Source: Sedimentisphaerales bacterium
GTDB taxonomy: Bacteria; Planctomycetota; Phycisphaerae; Sedimentisphaerales; SM23-30
Reading direction: 5' to 3'
NCBI GenBank assembly: GCA_963663805.2
Contig: CAXXMR010000012.1
Location: forward strand, 541,462 to 605,461
DNA length: 64,000 nucleotides
Below are positions 58,250 through 64,000 of the stretch, in pieces (the first letter of the stretch is position 1; every line of letters begins with the position of its first letter). The translations under genes and the position numbers were made by a program. The notes beneath the pieces were generated by a model. That model did not search any database. It was not told the origin of the DNA and saw only the letters and a program-made list of their open reading frames with translations.

Positions 58250-59299
58250 TTACTCTTCTGCTTCTTGCTTATCCAACAATCGCTCAATCTGCCGTTCCAG
58301 ATTGCGAACTTTCTTCCGCAAATCAGGCAAATCCTTCAATGCCAGCAAACTGCGTTTGGTCTGCGTAATCGGCATTGCTGGCGAACCAACAACCTCCAGC
58401 TTATCCGGCAAGTCATGCATGATACCCGACTGACCGCCCGCCCGCACAAAATCGCCTATCTTGATATGCCCGACAACCCCAACCTGACCCGCGAATGTGC
58501 AGTATTTACCAATTGTCGTACTGCCTGCAATGCCCACCTGGGCCACCAGCAGACAATGCTCGCCAATCCGCGTGTTATGCCCAATCGCGATTAAGTTACT
58601 GAATTTACTGCCTTTACCGATAACCGTATCGCCCAGCGTACCCCGGTCGATCGTACAGTTCGCCCCGATTTCCACGTCATCTTCAATCACCACCCCGCCG
58701 ATTTGCGGTATCTTATGATGTTTGCCACCGTGCGTGGCGTACCCAAAACCATCCTGGCCAATCACCGACCCCGAATGGATCGTCACCCGGTCCCCAATCG
58801 AGCAGCCGTCATAAATTGTCACATTTGGATAAATAATGCAGTCTCGCCCCACCTTACTGCCCGGCCCAATCGTGCAGTTCGGATAAATCCGCGTATTATC
58901 ACCGATGGTCGCCCCCTCCGAAACGCACGTAAAATCATGAATATCGACATTTTTGCCAATAAGCGCACTTTCATCCACACTGGCCCGCCCACTGATGCCT
59001 ATCTTCCTGTGCTCACGATGCCCATGCAGCAGCACCACAATCTGCATGAAACTATAATAAGGATCATCACAGCAAATCAGGGTCTTATCAGAGCATTCGA
59101 CATCCTTGCCCACCACCACAACCGAGGCCTTGCTCTCCCGAAAATCCTTTTCATACTTGGGGTTAGCTAAAAAACTTACGTCCCCGAAACCCGCCTCACC
59201 CAGCGTAGCGGCACCAGTTATGACCAGCCCACCATCCCCCCGGACCTCACCGCCCACATGCCGGGCCAAATCTCCTGCCGTCTTCTGCAAATTCTTCAC
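58250..59299 (-). CDS. lpxD: UDP-3-O-acylglucosamine N-acyltransferase
   Basis: FLANPKY, hexapeptide repeats, DGFGY, KIPQIGGV, IDRG. Confidence 0.96.
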   Translation of the reverse strand: MKNLQKTAGDLARHVGGEVRGDGGLVITGAATLGEAGFGDVSFLANPKYEKDFRESKASVVVVGKDVECSDKTLICCDDPYYSFMQIVVLLHGHREHRKIGISGRASVDESALIGKNVDIHDFTCVSEGATIGDNTRIYPNCTIGPGSKVGRDCIIYPNVTIYDGCSIGDRVTIHSGSVIGQDGFGYATHGGKHHKIPQIGGVVIEDDVEIGANCTIDRGTLGDTVIGKGSKFSNLIAIGHNTRIGEHCLLVAQVGIAGSTTIGKYCTFAGQVGVVGHIKIGDFVRAGGQSGIMHDLPDKLEVVGSPAMPITQTKRSLLALKDLPDLRKKVRNLERQIERLLDKQEAEE

Positions 59300-59612
59300 C
59301 TTTCGCTTGTTATATCGATTTGGGCAGCCCTAAAACGCCCAAGCTACCCCAATCAGCAAGACGGATTATAAATCCTGACCACCACAAGTCAATCAATTCC
59401 CCACAAACCCTCGGCTACACAAATAAAAAAGACGAAAGGGTTGTAAAACCAATGATAACCTTGAATCACCCGGCTCAAACTCGGCCTTTAGAAGAATGGG
59501 AAATATCTTGCCCATAGTTATGTTATTTGTTAGACTCCGATTCTTTCATGCTGTTACCGGTTTAGAGCATTATAGCCCATTTGGGCAACAGGTCCTTAAG
59601 GCAGGACAATTT

Positions 59613-60275
59613 ATGAGTGTCAGAATCGTATTATTAGCCAGGGAAGGCCCCGCAAGGGAACATTATTTCAGAGAGCTGGAAAACCTTGGAGCCCGGGTCG
59701 ATGTCGTCGCCGGACCAAGCGAGCTGGTCTCAGCTCTGAAAAAACACGAGTATCATGGCATCGCTCTGGACGTACTGACCAGAACCAAATGTGATTCCCA
59801 CCTGCAAATGCAAATGATGGATATCTACGAATCTTTTCCTTTGGTTCGCGTCAAGTGGGATGTCAAACACGATACTATCAGGGCTATGATAAATGTCGGT
59901 TTCGAAGGTGACGAGCTGGAGTATTTCGTCAACAAAATGTGCACGGAGTTCGAGCCCCGTAAAATCAGAAAACATAATCGCGAAGCAATACATTTCAATG
60001 TCATAGTTTTCAAAGATGAAAAATTCGACCATCAGCAAGCCGAAAAAACCATTACTATGGATTTCTCGCCCGGAGGCTGCCGACTCTTTAGTATCAGAGA
60101 TTACCAAAAAGGACAAAAAATCTATATCAGACTCCAGGAACTCGGTGCCGCCCCCGAAATAACCGGGACAGTCATCTGGCACAGACCCTGGGGCAAAGAA
60201 ATGAAAATCCCCGGACTAGGTATCGCCTTCGATAAAATCCCCGAACAACAACAACTAATTGAAAATCTAATCTGA
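59613..60275 (+). CDS. PilZ domain protein
   Basis: RKHNR (RxxxR) and DFSPGG (DxSxxG), GLGIAF; start MSVRIV at 59613. Confidence 0.87.
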   Translation: MSVRIVLLAREGPAREHYFRELENLGARVDVVAGPSELVSALKKHEYHGIALDVLTRTKCDSHLQMQMMDIYESFPLVRVKWDVKHDTIRAMINVGFEGDELEYFVNKMCTEFEPRKIRKHNREAIHFNVIVFKDEKFDHQQAEKTITMDFSPGGCRLFSIRDYQKGQKIYIRLQELGAAPEITGTVIWHRPWGKEMKIPGLGIAFDKIPEQQQLIENLI

Positions 60276-60298
60276 AACTATTATAGTGAGGATAACTT

Positions 60299-61147
60299 GT
60301 GACTGTAATGGATTTCATAAAGGACCTGCCTTCGGGCGTCCGCATTATTCTTATCATGGTCCTGGCCGTTGTGGCACATTTTGTCGCCCGGGCAATCAGC
60401 CGATTCAGTGCCTGGCTGCTCACCCGCCAGCCTCAAAGTGGGCTTTCTACTCAGGTTCAATTCAGCCGGCGCTTCCCTCGAATCGCAAGTATAATTGCCA
60501 TTCTGGTTAGTGCCTTTACCTTCACCATCTATTTCACCGCGATCGGCTTGATCCTCGTCGAATTCAATGTGTCACTCAAGGCCTATCTCGCCAGTGCCAC
60601 AGTATTAGGACTGGCCATCGGGTTTGGCTTGCAGGGTTTTGTTCAGGACGTCGTTATTGGTCTCACCCTGATTTTCTCCGATGCACTCAATATTCATGAC
60701 CTTGTCGATCTCTCCGGACAAATTGGCCGGGTCGAAAACATTGGCCTGCGATTTACAACCCTCATCAATTTGCATCGCCAAATAATATATGTCCCCAACC
60801 GCAATATAGCGGTCATCGGACGCTTCAAAGGTGGAGCCATGCGCGCCTACGTGGATGTCCAGATTACCGAGGGACTCAACGAAAAAATAGTTATGGAAAA
60901 AATACTGGATATGGCTCAGGGAATGTACCATCAGTACAAAGGCATAATTATCGACCCTCCGCAGATATTCGGAATTGAGCAGGCTCAGCCGGAACAGTGG
61001 CGCTACCTCAGATTGAAATTTCGCATTTGGCCCGGCCAGAATGCCTTGATTGAAACAACATTCAAACAAAGGGTATGGGCCTTGATGAAAAAATTTAATC
61101 CCGAATATCCCGACTGGATGATAACCGTCACAAATCGTGTGGAATGA
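60299..61147 (+). CDS. MscS family mechanosensitive channel
   Basis: GLAIGFGLQGFVQD, GRVENIGLRFT, YVPN. Confidence 0.9.
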   Translation: MTVMDFIKDLPSGVRIILIMVLAVVAHFVARAISRFSAWLLTRQPQSGLSTQVQFSRRFPRIASIIAILVSAFTFTIYFTAIGLILVEFNVSLKAYLASATVLGLAIGFGLQGFVQDVVIGLTLIFSDALNIHDLVDLSGQIGRVENIGLRFTTLINLHRQIIYVPNRNIAVIGRFKGGAMRAYVDVQITEGLNEKIVMEKILDMAQGMYHQYKGIIIDPPQIFGIEQAQPEQWRYLRLKFRIWPGQNALIETTFKQRVWALMKKFNPEYPDWMITVTNRVE

Positions 61148-61171
61148 AAGAAAAAGTGTGCGACATATTTT

Positions 61172-62312
61172 CTAACCTGGCCGCTTCCGGTTAATCATCT
61201 TACGCACGACCGAAGGATCAAAACTCCCCGCCCCTACCGTTATCTTCGATTCTTTGCTGTGTCCCAACTGCTCGATAATCGCTTCCAGCACCTTATCCGG
61301 CAGAATGTCAGCCAGCACCTTCCCGCCCTTGGGTATCTCCACATAAACATTACGTTTCCGCAGAACCGGACTGCTCGGCACCACAATCTTCCCGCCCGCC
61401 AGGGCCACAACTTCCTTACCCAACGCCGCTGCTAATTCAGAGACACCCTCCGCCGCGGTCACCACCACCGAACAACGTCCCAGCAGCCCCATCAGCTCCC
61501 GCACCCGCAAAGCACCCGGATACTGAACCCCGCTAATGCTCTCTGCTAGCTTGCCGGACGCCCGACCCGCCGCCCCGTCCGCCAGCAATAAAGGAACCAG
61601 CCCCCGCTGCTCTAATGTCTCAACCAAATGAGTCCAGTGCGCCAAAGGCCAAGGACTTTTTTGCTCCATCCCTAAATCCGCACCCACATAAATACCAATT
61701 ACCACCTCGTCATCATAACCCCACGCTCCCTCCAGCCGCGGCTGAGCCAGACTCGGAGTCTCATAACGATATTCCATCCCGCATAACTGAAACACTGTCC
61801 GAATTGAGTCAATATTTGCACTCGGCTGACTTTGCGGCAAAATCGCCCGCAGATAAGCGTCATGAGCGTCCCCATCAATTGGGGCCGGCAGATTCTCTTT
61901 CAGATAAAAACCTTTCTTCACTGCCGCGTTCACAATATTCATCACCCCACAGCTTCCGCGCCGAAACATCAGGATTCAACGCCAAATCATATTCCGACAT
62001 TTGCACCTGCATCAAACTTGCCGCATCCGAACCAATCGCCTCATCAACCTGACCCGAAAGCAGTTCAGGCCATTCACTCATAAAAGTTATATGACAGTCT
62101 GGATCTTCCCGTTTCAAACGCTCAACCAGCGCACTGGCCCGCACCACACCCGCCGCCGATGACAAATGCACCATAAAAACCCGGCTGCTCCGCGGACAAT
62201 AGCCTTCGCACCGACAAACCTCGCCCACCAGACCATGCGGAGCGCAAGGCCGGTCGCCCTTGAAGTGTACACAATCACGGGCTACTCGATTTACTTGTTC
62301 ATCGCGTCGCAT
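61172..62312 (-). pseudogene. Glycosyltransferase family 9 (heptosyltransferase-like), split by an apparent +1 frameshift
   Basis: ORFs 61875-62312 and 61172-61969 join if one base is removed at ~61954 (NPDVSAR-SCGVMNIV); KSPWP..HW, ELMGLL..C..VVT, AAALG; pseudogene or assembly error. Confidence 0.7.
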
Positions 62313-62517
62313 CAGTGCCGACCTCCATTACATATCAACCGGCCTACCGTTCCATAAGGACCTATAATTACCTCAGCTAAACCTTTATCGACCGAAACCA
62401 CCCCGACCCTTTGACAACCTTAGCCTTTTAATCACCTTTTTTAGTAACGTCCGATAATGAATCGCCAATTGCGATACTGATAACCAGCTTTACCCAATTC
62501 TATCGTTATTTGTGCAC

Positions 62518-62553
62518 AAAAAAACGGGCCGACGTCTAAACGCCGACCCGATT
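62518..62553 (-). terminator. Intrinsic terminator
   Basis: CGGGTCGGCG-tttaga-CGTCGGCCCG followed by TTTTTTT. Confidence 0.75.
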
Positions 62554-62576
62554 CATAACCAAAAATGTCTATCAGC

Positions 62577-62636
62577 TTCGCCAAAGGCGAAACCTCGCCG
62601 TCCACTTATGCCTTTTGCCTCGTTGCCTTATGCCTG
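62577..62636 (-). repeat. Repeat family A copy (minus orientation)
   Basis: Minus strand AGGCATAAGGCAACGAGGCAAAAGGCATAAGTGGACGGCGAGGTTTCGCCTTTGGCGAA. Confidence 0.8.
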
Positions 62637-62637
62637 C

Positions 62638-63634
62638 TTACGGCATAACCTCAAAGCTCGACATCTGATTAATCTCCGTAAACATTATCCCGCCCCCCAC
62701 CTTTCTTCTGCTTGGCCTGTTCGCCGAAAACATTTTCTTCCAGCAATACCAGCTTGCAGCTTAAAGCGTTAAATTCCATCGTTGCCATACCCTTGCCCAC
62801 ATCAAAAGTGCCGATACTCGTCACGCTCAGCGAATCCATATCGCTCTTATCCTTAATCAGTGAACGACCGAATTCCTTAATGCCTTCCGGCTCTGCCATA
62901 CCTTCCGGCAGCGTCTGCAAATCACTGCCTTCCATAATAACCGAAACTAACTGTTCGCCGCCCTCGACCGGCACACCCTTAACCGAATACGTCTCCTTTA
63001 TTGCCTTGGCCTTAATCATCGCATCTGGCAGCGGAGCATTGATGACTTTGCTCTCACCCACCGCGATTTTCTTTGGAGCGTTAATCATAAACTTCCGTTC
63101 ATGATAACGACGCAGACTGTCATCACTCAAAATATTCGCCACCGCGCCGCTGCTGCTGTCTTCCAGCCCCAGCTCTTTGCGAACCTTATCAAGATTCACA
63201 AATTCCACAATCGAGCTATCTGGGGCCACCCGAATCTGATAGCTCACGCCCGCCAGCTTAGGCTGACCCGGCCAATCGCTCTTCGTGCCGCCCTCGCTGC
63301 TGTTGTAGCTCATCTGCTTTTTCTTGTCCTGAACATCAATATTCAGACTCAATTTCACTTCCAGCAGAGTAACTGACATCAACGCCGTGCCATCAGCCTC
63401 TACCGAATCAATCGTCCGCAGCATCTGAATCTCTTCTTTCGTCTCACGCATACTCACATGCGACGCTTCCTTACCCGGCATCTCCACCCAGTTCTTATAA
63501 CCCACGGTCTGACTGTATTTTACATGGTCGAAACCCTGCTTGTAATTCGTAACCAGCTTAACCGGACTCCCGCAACCCGTCAGTGAAACCAACGCCAGAG
63601 CAAGCAAAACCAAAATCACTTTCTGTCTCATCAT
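62638..63634 (-). CDS. Hypothetical lipoprotein (possible frameshift near the C-terminus)
   Basis: LTGC lipobox; as sequenced it stops at 62669; removing one G from the G6 run gives ...GGGGIMFTEINQMSSFEVMP* ending at 62638. Confidence 0.75.
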
Positions 63635-63754
63635 TAAATCTCCATGAACAATTTATCTATGAATACATTAACTTTCGTAAGCATTAAAACCGCTATTCTT
63701 TGGCATTGCTTAGGCAAGCAACAGCCCGAAGCGCCAGCGCCGGGAAAATAAAAA

Positions 63755-63810
63755 ATTTCGCCAAAGGCGATACCTCGCCGTTACCCTCTTGCCTTCTGCC
63801 TCATGCCTCG
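63755..63810 (-). repeat. Repeat family A copy (minus orientation)
   Basis: Minus strand GAGGCATGAGGCAGAAGGCAAGAGGGTAACGGCGAGGTATCGCCTTTGGCGAAA. Confidence 0.82.
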
Positions 63811-64000
63811 ACCTCGTATCAATTATCCAAAATCTCTATCTTACGTATAATGCGATAGAAAATCTTCCGTTTATTACCGTCATCTTTTTTCCGAGCCGCC
63901 CCTTGGGTCGTCCGTACCTCGACAATTGTGGTATCTTCCAGTTTTGTCGGCACATTCTTGCTATTAAAGAAAATTTTTCCCTTACCTTCGCATTTTAGCA

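Noticed and set aside
63947..63962. Similarity to the IS4 terminal repeat (TCGGCACATT)
   Set aside because: Only a 10-bp match, lacks the CAATCC end; likely chance

Overview
This is a bacterial chromosomal window. By inference from gene content (sulfatase, URO-D-family pair, LpxD/LpxI, Mla, conserved hypothetical proteins) it is most likely an anaerobic planctomycete of the Phycisphaerae type; this was not verified. Most of it is housekeeping: sigma-70 factor, nifU-nifS, envelope genes, proS, recG, ktrB/ktrA-type K+ uptake, tsaD, ilvE, tex, suhB-like, cyclophilin, S41 protease, metK, lon, HtrA, panB, DAHP synthase, mlaEFD, pcm, sulfatase, lpxI, lpxD. The main anomaly is a stand-alone phage-like DNA packaging/modification module at 23.3-30.7 kb. 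It has an XRE+S24 repressor divergent from a tandem sigma-region-4 HTH gene, a freshly inserted IS4 (27-bp perfect IRs, 9-bp TSD), an ABC ATPase plus Mom-like GNAT (split COG2401-type), ParB-N, a small-terminase-like gene and an intact large terminase. There is no integrase, portal, capsid or lysis gene, and host repeats with terminator-like hairpins sit between its genes, so it is a candidate domesticated, gene-transfer-agent-like system. Items missed by the ORF track: a ~480-nt structured RNA with its own promoter, terminator and an occluded 8-codon micro-ORF (11.46-11.94 kb); a 25-aa Arg/Lys-rich micro-gene (39.5 kb); back-to-back sigma-54 promoters; a ~16-kb block of inverted GC skew; and three single-base frameshifts. 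No rRNA, tRNA or CRISPR array was found.
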